Below, piece by piece: positions 46,945 to 58,588 of a DNA stretch of 64,000 nt. Origin of the DNA: Candidatus Krumholzibacteriota bacterium. Its GTDB lineage: Bacteria > Krumholzibacteriota > Krumholzibacteriia > JAJRXK01. Numbering within the stretch: position 1 is the first letter of the stretch; every line of letters begins with the position of its first letter. The stretch lies in assembly GCA_963806035.1 (NCBI GenBank), contig CAWDWO010000032.1:1-64000 (forward strand), in the 5' to 3' direction. A program made the position numbers and the translations under genes. The notes beneath the pieces were generated by a model. That model did no database searches, was not told the DNA's origin, and saw only the letters and a program-made list of their open reading frames with translations.

Positions 46945-48386
46945 ACCACATCCGCGTTCGCTTCGCCCCCAGTCCCACCGGCACCCTGCACGTCGGCGGC
47001 GCCCGCACTGCCATCTTCAACTGGCTCTACGCGCGCTCGCAGCAGGGCGTCTTCATCCTGCGCATCGAGGACACCGATCAAGAGCGCTCCACCGAGGACA
47101 GTCATCAACAGATCCTGCGCGCGCTTCAGTGGCTGGATCTGGACTACGACGAGGGTCCGGGAGTGGGCGGAGAATTCGGTCCCTACGTGCAGAGCGAGCG
47201 CCGCGAAATTTACGATGACTACGCGCAGCAGATGCTCGACAAGGGCCTGGCCTACCGCTGTTACTGCACGCCGGAGGAGCTCGATGCGATGCGTAAGAAA
47301 GCGATCGCCGAGGGCCGGCAGAAAATCTACGAGCGCGTCTGTCGCGATCTCACTGCCGAGGAGCGCGAGGCCCGCGAGGCGGAGGGCCGCAGCTCGGTGA
47401 TCCGGGTGCGCATGCCCGACGAGGGCTCGATCAAGTGGACCGACATCGTGCACGGGGACACCGAGTTCGAGTGCGCGGTGCTGGACGACTGGGTGGCGGT
47501 CAAGAGCGACGGCTTTCCCACCTACAACTTCGCCTGCGTGGTGGACGACGGGCTGATGCAGATCAGCCACGTACTGCGCGGCGACGATCACATCAGCAAT
47601 ACCCCGCGGCAGATTCACCTCTTCAATGCTTTCGGCTTCAAGCTGCCCAAGTTCGGACACTTGCCGATGATTCTGGGGCCGGACAAGCAGAGGTTGAGCA
47701 AGCGCCACGGCGCGGCGAGCGTGGAGGAATTCCGCGAGGAAGGTTATCTGTCGCAGGCTCTGGTGAACTACCTCGCGCTCCTGGGTTGGAATCCGGGCAG
47801 CCCGCAGGAAGTTTTCGAGATGCCCCAGCTCATCAAATCGTTTTCCTTGAAACGCCTGAACAACACCGCCGCCGTCTTCGATCCCGAGAAGTGCCGCTAC
47901 ATCAACGCCCAGCACATGAAGAATCTCGACGATCAGCAGCGCGCGGCGCTGGTGTGGCCGCGTCTGGTCAAGGCGGGGTTGGTCAAGAGAGAGGACGAGA
48001 CGGCGCGCGCGAAGCTGAAGGAAGTCGTCAAGATCATGGGCGCGCGCATCAGCTTTTTGGGCGAGGCGGCCGAGCGTCTGGCGTGCTACTTCAGCGAGGA
48101 GTATCCGCGCGATCCGGAGACCGAAGAGAGTCTGGACGCGGAGGCGGTGGAGCGGCTCCGCGAGCTGGGGCGGCGGGTGGAAGCGCTGGACGAGTTCAGT
48201 TCTGCCGCGCTGGAGGCGCTCATGCGGGCCTATGCCGAGGAGTTGGGCGTGAAGCTGGGCGAGCTGGTGCACCCCACGCGCGCGGCCCTGACCGGCCAGA
48301 AGGTGGGGCCGAGCCTGTTTGCCAGCATGGAGGTGCTGGGCAAGGGGACGGTGGTGAAACGCTTGCTCGGCGCGGAGGCGAGCTGA
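46941..48386 (+). CDS. gltX: Glutamate--tRNA ligase
   Basis: RFAPSPTGTLHVG, LRIEDTD, LSKR, anticodon-binding domain. Confidence 0.98.
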   Translation: MNHIRVRFAPSPTGTLHVGGARTAIFNWLYARSQQGVFILRIEDTDQERSTEDSHQQILRALQWLDLDYDEGPGVGGEFGPYVQSERREIYDDYAQQMLDKGLAYRCYCTPEELDAMRKKAIAEGRQKIYERVCRDLTAEEREAREAEGRSSVIRVRMPDEGSIKWTDIVHGDTEFECAVLDDWVAVKSDGFPTYNFACVVDDGLMQISHVLRGDDHISNTPRQIHLFNAFGFKLPKFGHLPMILGPDKQRLSKRHGAASVEEFREEGYLSQALVNYLALLGWNPGSPQEVFEMPQLIKSFSLKRLNNTAAVFDPEKCRYINAQHMKNLDDQQRAALVWPRLVKAGLVKREDETARAKLKEVVKIMGARISFLGEAAERLACYFSEEYPRDPETEESLDAEAVERLRELGRRVEALDEFSSAALEALMRAYAEELGVKLGELVHPTRAALTGQKVGPSLFASMEVLGKGTVVKRLLGAEAS

Positions 48387-48484
48387 CTTCGAATCGGCGT
48401 TCGGTGCGCGGAGGGCCCTGAATCGCGGCGCGGCGCATCGTAGCTTGCCAAGCGGGCCCCTCTTGTCTAATTATTGACGCTCAT

Positions 48485-48558
48485 TGCCCGGTCGTCCAAC
48501 GGCAGGACAACTGACTCTGGCTCAGTCGATGGGGGTTCGAATCCTCCCCGGGCAACCA
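48485..48558 (+). tRNA. tRNA-Gln(CTG)
   Basis: TGCCCGG/CCGGGCA acceptor, actga-ctCTGgc-tcagt anticodon arm, GTTCGAA, CCA. Confidence 0.96.
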
Positions 48559-48571
48559 CATTTTTGGCGCG

Positions 48572-48600
48572 AAAGAGCCCAGCTTCGGCTGGGCTTTTTC
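48572..48600 (+). terminator. Intrinsic terminator after tRNA-Gln
   Basis: agcccagc-ttcg-gctgggct followed by T run. Confidence 0.88.
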
Positions 48601-48853
48601 GTTGGGGGGAGACAAGCTCACGGTTTCGGAAGTCACGGAAGTCACGGAAGTCACGGAGGCATCGGTGTCGGTTTCCACGGGGGGCGGTGCGCCCGAGGCG
48701 CAGGCGCTGAGCGTGAAGGCGCCGATGAGGATCCACGAGAGGAGACGATGCACTCTGACTCCAGTCAGTAATCAAAACGTAGATGGTCTGTGATTGGTTC
48801 GATCCATCGCACGCCGCGCGGAGGTTCTCTTTTTCTTCTGCCTCACGGCCCGT

Positions 48854-49071
48854 CGATTTTATAGCCGGCTATAAAAATTGGGTCTCGGTTGAGCGCTTGC
48901 CAAGGCTCGGGTTTCGATTCTCCAGCGGGCTGCCTTCGTGGGGCCCGTCGAGAGTGTACCCGGGTATACGGCTGCGCGGCTGATCGAGTGTACCCGGGTA
49001 TACGGCTGCGCGCCTGATCGAGTGTACCCGGCTACACCGCTGCACGGCTCACCGAGTGTACCCGGCTACAC
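48854..49071. repeat. Palindrome plus 4x34-bp array module, copy 2
   Basis: Perfect 20-bp palindrome ttttatagccggctataaaa at 48857-48876; GTGTACCCGG(G/C)TA(T/C)AC at 48954, 48988, 49022 and 49056. Confidence 0.92.
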
Positions 49072-49205
49072 AGAGCACCGTCACGCTGAGAGCAAAAGAG
49101 CGCGCCGGCGCGAATTCCCCGCGGGAGATTTTCGTTCTCGCCAAATGATCAGGGGCAAGCGGCCCCGATGAGTTCCCCCCGGTGCCGATCGAGGAGGAAG
49201 CGGAG

Positions 49206-49742
49206 ATGTTCCGACGCTTCCTGGTCCTGCTCAGCCTGACAGCATTCTTCGCGATCGCCCTGGGGGCCGTTGCGCCGGCGCAGCACGAACTCAAGCGCGA
49301 GTTCCTCGGTGCCGGCGGCCGCAAGGCCGTTCGCCTGGACCGAGAGCTTCGCCACAGCGTGGGCCAACCGATCACCGGCAGGTCCAGCAGGCCAGAGCGC
49401 ATCGTGCGTCACGGCTTCTGGGCAAAGAAAAACTCGGGTACGGCCACCGCGGTCCTAGATCCGACGCCCACGCTGCCCAAGAGCACTCGCCTGGACCAGA
49501 ACCATCCCAATCCCTTCAACCCCCGCACCACCATCAGCTACGCGCTTCCTGCGGACGGACACGTCTTGCTCAGCCTCTATGACGTCCGTGGACGGCGCGT
49601 GGCCACCCTGGTGAACCAAGACCAGAGTGCGGGAGAACACAGTCTCGTCTTCGCTCCCAATGATTTGGCGAGCGGAGTCTATTTCTACCAACTCAAGGCT
49701 CCCGGTTTCGAGCAAGTCCGGCGCCTGGTCCTGGCGCGCTGA
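49206..49742 (+). CDS. Small secreted protein with T9SS type-A/FlgD-Ig-like C-terminal domain
   Basis: Signal peptide; LDQNHPNPFNPRTTISYALP...YDVRGRRV...LASGVYFYQL. Confidence 0.88.
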   Translation: MFRRFLVLLSLTAFFAIALGAVAPAQHELKREFLGAGGRKAVRLDRELRHSVGQPITGRSSRPERIVRHGFWAKKNSGTATAVLDPTPTLPKSTRLDQNHPNPFNPRTTISYALPADGHVLLSLYDVRGRRVATLVNQDQSAGEHSLVFAPNDLASGVYFYQLKAPGFEQVRRLVLAR

Positions 49743-49774
49743 CGCGCCGCTACGTCTTGCGAAAGGAGAAGCCC

Positions 49775-51533
49775 ATGCGCCGGTTTGCATTTTTCAGACA
49801 CCTCTCTTCGGGGCCGTTCCTCGGAGTGTTCACCTTCCTCGGGATGCTCGCGTTCCTCGGGATGCTCGCGCCTCTCAGCGCACTCACCCCCCTGGCTAAC
49901 TTGGCCTCCCCCGCCCACGCCGCGGTTCCTGAGACCATCGGCTGGCAGGGGATCGTCGAAGACGGCAGCGGCACCGCGCTGCAGGGAAGTCACACCCTCG
50001 TCTTCCGTCTCTACGACGATCCTTCCGCGGGGACCAAGTTGTGGGAAGAGACGCAAGTCCTCGATCTGGTGGACGGCCTCGCCGAAGCCACCCTGGGTTC
50101 TGTCGACTTCGCTCGGCTCGGTCGACTTCGACCAGAGCCTGTGGTTGGCGCTCACGGTGGACGGCGGCAGCGAGCTCAGCCCGCGCAGTGAACTCAGTGC
50201 GGTGCCCTACGCCCTGGCCGTCGACGATCAGGCCGCGGTGAAGACCCTCAACGGTCTCACGGGCGCGGTGAATCTGGTGGGTGGAACCAACGTCAGCGTG
50301 GTGCCCAATGGCAACGACCTCACCATCAACGCCACAGGCGGCGGAGGCGCCGACGGTGACTGGAACATCAACGGCAACGACCTCACCCTCGGAGTCAGTG
50401 GCAACGTCGGAGTGGGAGAGACCAGTCCCGAGCACAAGCTGGATCTGCACACTCCCATCGAAGTGCCCGTCTCGATGCGCATGCGCTCGGGAGGATCGTG
50501 GTCGCTGGTCATGGAGCAGAGTCCCCAGAGTGTGTTCTCGATCACCAACGGCGGTTCGCAGCGCCTGGCGATCGAACCCAACGGTCAGGTGGGCATCGGC
50601 ACCACTGCGCCTGACGCGCTTCTGCACCTGAACTCCTCCAGCCAGCCCAACGAGATCCTCCTGGGGCGCGACACGGGCACCGGCGCCGCGCCTTTCGAGG
50701 ACCTGGGCGTGCGCCTGAGTCCTTCGAAGTTGGAGTTCACTCGCTGGTACGATCTGGGCGAGTCGGGCGTGGGTCTGGCCCACGGAGGAATCTACTCCAC
50801 CGGCCTGGCGTGGGTACTCGACGGCATCTCCGGCACCGCGGCCGGCTTCAACGTCGGCGGAGGGCTGGGCGCGAAGGACATCATCAATCTGAACGGGAGC
50901 GGTAACGACGTCGACATCCGTTTTCACAACGGTGCCGGGGTCAAGTGGTACTTGCGCAACTCGGTCTCCGACGGGGACGACTTCGTGATCCGCGCCGGTA
51001 GCAACAGTCTGCCCGCCATTCAGATCGACTACGACACCCGCAACTCGGTCTTCGGCGGCGCGGTGACGCCCTCTGCGGGAAGCCTGTTCACCCTGGGAAC
51101 TTCCAGCAAGCGCTGGAGCGTGGTCTACGCGATGGCGGTGGACACGCCGTCGGACCGCCGTCTCAAGAAGGACATCGCGGACCTGGATTACGGGCTCGAC
51201 GAACTGATGAAGCTGCGTCCGGTGAGTTTCAGCTGGAAGAAGCTGCCGCAGCGCGGACGACAGCTGGGGCTCATTGCCCAGGAGCTGCGCGAAGTCCTGC
51301 CCGAGATCGTCCACGAAGGCGACGATGCACAGAAGAGTCTGAGCGTGGAGTACGACCAGTTGATTCCCGTGCTCATCGCTTCGCTGCAGGAACAACAGAA
51401 GCAGATCGAAAGCCAGAGAGAAGAACTCGCGCGCCAGGGTGAAGCCCTCAGCGCCCTGCGACTGCAGGTGGCCGCGCAGACGACGGCCAAGGAAGTTGAT
51501 GCGAGCGTCGTCGCGGCGAGCGTAAAGCGTTAA
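49775..51533 (+). CDS. Secreted fibre-like protein with C-terminal Peptidase_S74 intramolecular chaperone; 1-nt frameshift near 50100-50110
   Basis: N-terminal part in the 49757 frame and C-terminal part in the 49785 frame join as ...ATLG/STSLGSVDFDQSLWL; GNVGVG and QVGIGT repeats; SDRRLKKDI, GLIAQE, coiled coil. Confidence 0.8.
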
Positions 51534-51552
51534 ACGAGAGGAGCGCTGCCGC

Positions 51553-54021
51553 TCACGCGAGGTGCGAGCGCCGTCGGAGGTTCCGCACGAGGAGGGAGCC
51601 TACGAGCAGGACGAAGACGGCGAGAGCGAGGAGCCGGGCCCGATCGTGGTCCGGCTCTTCGTGTCTTGCAAGCGCGAGCACCGGTTCGGTCGCCACCCCG
51701 GCCAAAACGAAGGCCGAGCGATCGCGGTGCAAAAACCCCTCTTCGCGCAGACGCGTACGCGCCGTCTTCATGGCCATCGCGCGATTCTGGCCGGATCCGA
51801 GCGCGGAGTAGAACTCCTCCATGAAATGCCGCGCCGCGCCGTCCTCCACGTCCCAACGCGACATGACCACGCTGCGCGCGCCCGCCACGAAGAAGGAGCG
51901 CATCAAGCCCAGGGTCCCCTCGCCCACGTAGCTCAGTCCACCTCCGGTGCGACATCCGCTCAGGGTGACCAGGTCGGCGTGGAAGGGATGGGCCTCGATC
52001 TCGCCCGCGGTGAGCCGGTCGTCCTCGCCGCCCGCCAAGAGCAGCGCCGACTGTTCGGGGTAGACCGGATCGACCACCGCGTGCGTGGCGAAGTGCAGAA
52101 CTCCCAGGTCACGATCGATGAGTTGCAGAAACTGACTCTTGGAGGCCTCCGCACCCATGAGGGAGTGCCCGCGTCCCCGCGTGATCGTGCGCGCTTCCTC
52201 GCGCGCCTGCGGCAGGGGCAGGCCCAGGACGTCCCGGAAGCGGGTGAGGGCCAGCGAGCTTTCCTTCGAGAGATCGAAAGTGGGATCGGCGAAAGCGTAC
52301 ACGCCCTCGCTGGGCGCAAGCCGATTCTCCAAGGCGTCCCAGGTGGTGGCCGAAGGAACCAGGGCGGTGGCGTAGTGTTCGCCGAGGACCCGCTGGCTCC
52401 CCTCGCTCTGATACCGCAAGGCATCGAGCGGAAGATCGCTCAAGCTGCCCGGTAGGGAAAACAGCACACCGCGTCCGTCCTCGGGTAAATCTGCCACCAA
52501 AGGTCCCACCAGGGCATCGCCCAGTCGTGTCAAAGGCGGGTCGCAGAGCTCGTCGGGCGAGCCCTTGGCCATGTGGTAGTTGGCGATCTCCAGATCGGCC
52601 ATCAGGGAGTGGGGAACCGCGAGCCGCACCACCTTGATGCCCTCACTACTCACGATGAAGGCGAAGCTGGCGCCGGCCAGACTCTCGGACAGATGCACGT
52701 AGACCGCCCCCGATTCGCCCAGCCTCTCCTGTAGACTGCCAAGTTCGAGGATCGCGGCCTCGGTGCTCTCTGGCGCGAGCTGTTCGCGCAGCAGCCAGGC
52801 CCGCCCGCGTTCGGCCACCGCCCAGGCCTCCTCCACCTTACCCTGGCGCAAGAGACAGTCGGCCAGGTCGCGATGGGCCAGACCACCGCGGCGGTAGAGG
52901 CCCATGCGCGTGACTTCGTCCGGAGCTTGGGCGCGCAGACTCTCCAGAATGGTCAGAGTCTCCTCTAGATAAGACTTGGCGTCCTCGAGACGATCCGATT
53001 CGAGGTAGGCGGCTCCGATGAGATTGCGCACCGGCAACGCGTCGAACTCCTCGCCGGCCGCCTCGCGCTGGGCGAGGACCTTGCGCAGCTCACTCAGGGC
53101 CTCCGCCCCGTGACCGGTCTCCACCAGCACTTCGCCGCGGATCATGCGCACCATGAGAAGCTGTTGGCGGTTGTCCATTTCCTTCCACAGGGCGAGAGCG
53201 GAATCGACGTCGGCCAGGGCGAGCTCGACCGGCTCGCCGCGCAGCATCTTGAGGCGGCCGCGGTTGGCCAGGGCGGTGGCGATGAGGTCCTTCTGGCCGA
53301 GTTTGTAGGCCATCGCCGCCCCCGCTTCGAAGGAAGCCAGGGCCTCCTCGCTGCGCTGCATCTCCAGCAAAACCAGTCCGCGCAGGACGTAGACGCTGCC
53401 CAAGCCGCGGTCGAATTGCGCGTCCTCGAAGCAGACCTTCGCCGAATCGATGGCCGCCGAGGCCTCGGGCAGACGGTTCAAGTTCATGAAGCAGTTGGCG
53501 ATGTTGTTCCAGGCGATTCCCTCGCCGCGGCGGTCATTCTTGTCGTGGCGCAGGACGACGAGTTCGTGGAAGAGCTGGATTCCGCGCGCATAGTCGCCGG
53601 CCTGACTCACTCCCACCGCGTTCATGTTGAGCAGGGCCATGATCTGCGGGGTGGACTCGGCGGCGCGGGCGGCCTTCAGACCCTCTTCCCACAGCGCGCG
53701 CGCGTGTTCCATCTCTCCGTGGCGGAAAGAGAGCAGTCCGGCGATCTCCAGCAGCTTGGAGCGCAGGCTGTCCTGTTCACCGCGGGCCAGCCGCGGCTCG
53801 AGCGACTCCAGGCGCTTGGCCAACGCGCTCGCGCTCTCGGGATCCAGATCGGGCCGGTACTCCGCCAGAGCTTCGCTCGCCTCTTCGTCGAGGTCCTGGG
53901 CCAGCACGAACGACCAGCCGCCGAAGAGACAGCACACGAGAAGGAAAGCGGCGGCGAGATGGCGCTGCAGCTGCGGACACGCCGCGCGTGGAGCCAAAAA
54001 CGAGATCGAGTAGAGATCCAT
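51553..54021 (-). CDS. TPR-CHAT (caspase-like) protease with signal peptide and C-terminal TM anchor
   Basis: TPR-like repeats; catalytic LHFATHA and VTLSGCRTG; SRWDVED; hydrophobic C-terminus followed by RRR. Confidence 0.92.
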   Translation of the reverse strand: MDLYSISFLAPRAACPQLQRHLAAAFLLVCCLFGGWSFVLAQDLDEEASEALAEYRPDLDPESASALAKRLESLEPRLARGEQDSLRSKLLEIAGLLSFRHGEMEHARALWEEGLKAARAAESTPQIMALLNMNAVGVSQAGDYARGIQLFHELVVLRHDKNDRRGEGIAWNNIANCFMNLNRLPEASAAIDSAKVCFEDAQFDRGLGSVYVLRGLVLLEMQRSEEALASFEAGAAMAYKLGQKDLIATALANRGRLKMLRGEPVELALADVDSALALWKEMDNRQQLLMVRMIRGEVLVETGHGAEALSELRKVLAQREAAGEEFDALPVRNLIGAAYLESDRLEDAKSYLEETLTILESLRAQAPDEVTRMGLYRRGGLAHRDLADCLLRQGKVEEAWAVAERGRAWLLREQLAPESTEAAILELGSLQERLGESGAVYVHLSESLAGASFAFIVSSEGIKVVRLAVPHSLMADLEIANYHMAKGSPDELCDPPLTRLGDALVGPLVADLPEDGRGVLFSLPGSLSDLPLDALRYQSEGSQRVLGEHYATALVPSATTWDALENRLAPSEGVYAFADPTFDLSKESSLALTRFRDVLGLPLPQAREEARTITRGRGHSLMGAEASKSQFLQLIDRDLGVLHFATHAVVDPVYPEQSALLLAGGEDDRLTAGEIEAHPFHADLVTLSGCRTGGGLSYVGEGTLGLMRSFFVAGARSVVMSRWDVEDGAARHFMEEFYSALGSGQNRAMAMKTARTRLREEGFLHRDRSAFVLAGVATEPVLALARHEEPDHDRARLLALAVFVLLVGSLLVRNLRRRSHLA

Positions 54022-54189
54022 GGGCACCTACGCAAGGGGCGGGCAAGGTGGGAACCGCGCGAAGTGTAGCACGTCCGCACGCGCGGGGGCGAAGAAGAAA
54101 CGCAATTGCCCGCTAGCTGCTTTCTTGGCGCATCTGCTAGCATCGGCCACCGAGCCGCGAGAGATTTTTCCCTGGGCGAAACATTCAGG

Positions 54190-54729
54190 ATGGACCGCGC
54201 AACCAGCAACGCCGCCGCCGAACACTGGAGCCAGAGGCTCCGGGAGCGTTTCATGGAAGTCAGCGCGCGGCGCGTGCCGGCCGCCGAAGTGGAGGACCTG
54301 GTCCAGGAGGCCATGACCGTTGTCCTGTGCCGCGCGCAGCAGATCGAGAGCGAACGGCTGGTGGAGGGACTCCCGCCGCTGGCCTGGTGCTTTCAAGTGC
54401 TGCGCAACACCATCGGCAATTTCTACCAGAGGAATGCGCGCGCGAAACAGGAGAGCGAATTGATCGAGCTGGCGAGCGTGAGCGCGGGTGGCACTCCGGC
54501 CGAGGCTCTCGAACAGAAGGAGCTGCTGCAGCGCTTGAACGAGGCGCTTCAGGAGCTGCGCGCGGGCGACCGACAATGCTGGGGTTTCTTGAGCCGTCTC
54601 GCCGATGGGGAGAAGCCGCGACGACTGGCTCAAGACGCCGGCCTGAGCGAGGCGGTGCTCTACCGTCGCCTCTATCGTTGCCGTCAGAAGTTTCGCCGTC
54701 TCCTCGAAGAGAGAGGGGTGCGAGTGTGA
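54190..54729 (+). CDS. ECF-type RNA polymerase sigma factor
   Basis: AEVEDLVQEA region 2, WCFQVLRN, region 4 HTH AGLSEAVLYRRLYRCRQK. Confidence 0.88.
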   Translation: MDRATSNAAAEHWSQRLRERFMEVSARRVPAAEVEDLVQEAMTVVLCRAQQIESERLVEGLPPLAWCFQVLRNTIGNFYQRNARAKQESELIELASVSAGGTPAEALEQKELLQRLNEALQELRAGDRQCWGFLSRLADGEKPRRLAQDAGLSEAVLYRRLYRCRQKFRRLLEERGVRV

Positions 54730-55365
54730 AGGACAACAAGCAGCTGCCGGAGCGCTTGGAGAGAGCAAACGAACTCAGCGAGGAGCAGGGCGCGCGACTC
54801 CTGGCCTATCGCGCAGGCAGCATGAGCGCGGGCGAGCAGCGAGACTTCGAGCAGGAGTTACTGGATTCTCCGCGAGCTGGCGCGCGCGTTCTATGAGGCC
54901 GAAGGGCTGGACGCGGTGCTGCGCGCGGGGCAGCCCTTTGCCAAGAGACGCTGGCGGCGTTTACCGAGGCGTCTGCTCATCCCGCTGGCGGCGGCGGCGA
55001 TTCTGGCGGTGGCGCTGCTGCCCCATCCCTCCCTGCGCACTCCTCTCGAGCCGGCGCCGGTGTACCGCGGAGAGCAGGGCGAACTCCAGGCCCTCGCTCC
55101 GGTGGGCAGCGTGGCCACGCCGCAGCTCGAGTTCCGCTGGAGCAGCTTCCCCGAGGCCCTGCGCTACCGGGTGGAGGTCTTCGACGCCGATTCGCACGAG
55201 GTCTTTCAGCTGGTGAGCCAGGACACCAGTGCGGTGGTCGACGCTTCGCAGCTGTCCGAGATGGGGAGCGGCGCCGGTTTCTGGCGCGTCACCGCGCTCG
55301 GCGAGCTCGACACCCAGCTCACCCGCTCGGCCCCGGCGCCCTTGCGCCTGGTCGCGGGAAACTGA
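54726..55365 (+). CDS. Putative transmembrane anti-sigma factor; 1-nt frameshift near 54873
   Basis: GTGA overlap with sigma; LLAY.AG.MS..EQ..FEQ.LL.SP continues in another frame as ELARAFYEAEGL; TM helix, VYRG, Ig-like domain. Confidence 0.75.
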
Positions 55366-55437
55366 AGAGACGCCGCCGCGCGTTTCGTGACCCGCCCCAG
55401 CTGGCCCCGCGTCTTTTGTCCCGCAGCTTCGTCGCGC

Positions 55438-57150
<1,713 letters not shown>

Positions 57151-57353
57151 GATGGGATGGCTTCTTGGAAAACGGCCTCGAAATGGCGGCGGGGCGGGCG
57201 TTCTTCGAGCGCGCGCGGCCGCGTGGAGGCCACAGACTAATCTCCACGCCGCGCGCTGTCCAGGGGGCGCCAATGCGCGCGTGCCGCCGGTTTACACCCT
57301 TTGTTCGGGCTGTGCCCCGCAGGCTCACAGGCGCTCGCGGCGCGCGCCGTGGC

Positions 57354-57381
57354 TTGCGCCCGTCGCCCCGTTTTATATACT
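57354..57381 (+). promoter_or_regulatory. Sigma70 promoter for tRNA-Glu
   Basis: TTGCGC-16 bp-TATACT. Confidence 0.5.
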
Positions 57382-57401
57382 TCACGCTCCATGGCATCAG
57401 T

Positions 57402-57477
57402 GGCCCCTTCGTCTAGTGGCCTAGGACGCCTGGTTCTCAGCCAGGTAACAGGGGTTCGATTCCCCTAGGGGCTGCCA
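57402..57477 (+). tRNA. tRNA-Glu(CTC)
   Basis: GGCCCCT/AGGGGCT acceptor, cctgg-ttCTCag-ccagg anticodon arm, GTTCGAT, CCA. Confidence 0.96.
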
Positions 57478-57481
57478 ATTC

Positions 57482-57518
57482 GAGAGCCCTCCGCGGCACG
57501 CGGGGGGCTCTCTTTTTG
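57482..57518 (+). terminator. Intrinsic terminator after tRNA-Glu
   Basis: gagagccctccgcg-gca-cgcggggggctctc followed by ttttt. Confidence 0.88.
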
Positions 57519-57727
57519 CCCGCTGCATTGCGCACGGCCCCGCGAGCGGGGTCACTTCGGCCTGGCTCCATCGGCCGCCCCGGCCCGACCCTTCGTGCCA
57601 TCGCGCTCCACGCCGGGGAAAGCCGCGCCCGCCGCCGCCGCCCGTGCCCTGCGGCGGCACGGACTCTGCTCCACCCTAGGGCTACCAGAGTACCTGCCGA
57701 GTGCCCCGATGCAGATCGGGAGCTAGC

Positions 57728-58588
57728 GTGAACATCGTCCATTACCTGCCCGCCCTGGGCCTGGGTGCTTTGACCATGGCACTCGCGGTCCTCTTGCGCG
57801 GCGTCGTCGGCGTGCACCGCCGCCGCCAACGTGAACAGGAGCAGCTGGATCTGGCCACCCTGGCCGAGAGCCGCGGATTGAGCCCCCAGGAACAGCGCCT
57901 GCCCCGTTCGCTGGTGGATGCCGCTTCCACTCTGGGTGGCAAGGGCCGCGAGGGGGGACTCTCCTGCGTCCTGCGCGGGAGCGACGGCCTGGGCAGCTAC
58001 TATCTCTGCCGCCGGCGCACGAGTCATGGCTCGCAGCAGGCCGTCCTTTTCGAAAACAAACTGCTCACCCTGCGTGGACTGCGGATCTCTCCGGTCAACC
58101 AGAGCGGGAGCCGCTGGCAAACCCTCAAGCGCAAGCTGCGCCACGAGAGCCCGCCCGGCTTCGCCCTGCGGATGGAATGGGAATGCGAGACGGACAGCGT
58201 GGACCAGCGCTCGGTCCTGATGGCGCAGGCGCTCTATTTGTTGATGGCGGACGCGCGCGAAGTCGTGGAACCGCTGTCCATTCATTTACAGGTGGAGGAT
58301 CAGAGGATCGCGATCCACGCGCGCCGTCCGCTCAGCGGGGACGCTCTGCGCGTGTTCACGGATGTCGCGATCGAGTTGCGCCGGCTGGTGGCCGAGGTTC
58401 CGCGCAGCAGCGGGGCCCTGCGTCTCTCGCCGGGCGAGAGCGGCGCCGTCAAACCGACCGAGAGCGAGATCACGCGCGCGGTGCGCATGACCGAGTTCCC
58501 GGCCACTCGCAGCGGCGCCGCGGTGCCCTACGGCAGCTTGGCGACGGTGCGGGAGACTCCGCCGGCCAAAGTGCCTAGCGCCACTTGA
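57728..58588 (+). CDS. Hypothetical protein with N-terminal TM helix
   Basis: GTG start with SD ggag; hydrophobic N-terminus. Confidence 0.65.
   Translation: MNIVHYLPALGLGALTMALAVLLRGVVGVHRRRQREQEQLDLATLAESRGLSPQEQRLPRSLVDAASTLGGKGREGGLSCVLRGSDGLGSYYLCRRRTSHGSQQAVLFENKLLTLRGLRISPVNQSGSRWQTLKRKLRHESPPGFALRMEWECETDSVDQRSVLMAQALYLLMADAREVVEPLSIHLQVEDQRIAIHARRPLSGDALRVFTDVAIELRRLVAEVPRSSGALRLSPGESGAVKPTESEITRAVRMTEFPATRSGAAVPYGSLATVRETPPAKVPSAT

Larger units (their letters stand above)
48481..48753 (-). pseudogene. Possible lipoprotein gene remnant running antisense into tRNA-Gln
   Basis: MHRLLSWILIGAFTLSAC lipobox, 9-bp tandem repeat encoding SVT; C-terminus is antisense terminator and tRNA. 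Confidence 0.4.

Noticed and set aside
50095..54880. Programmed ribosomal frameshifts at ~50105 and ~54873
   Set aside because: No slippery heptamer; multiple indels elsewhere make assembly error or mutation more likely
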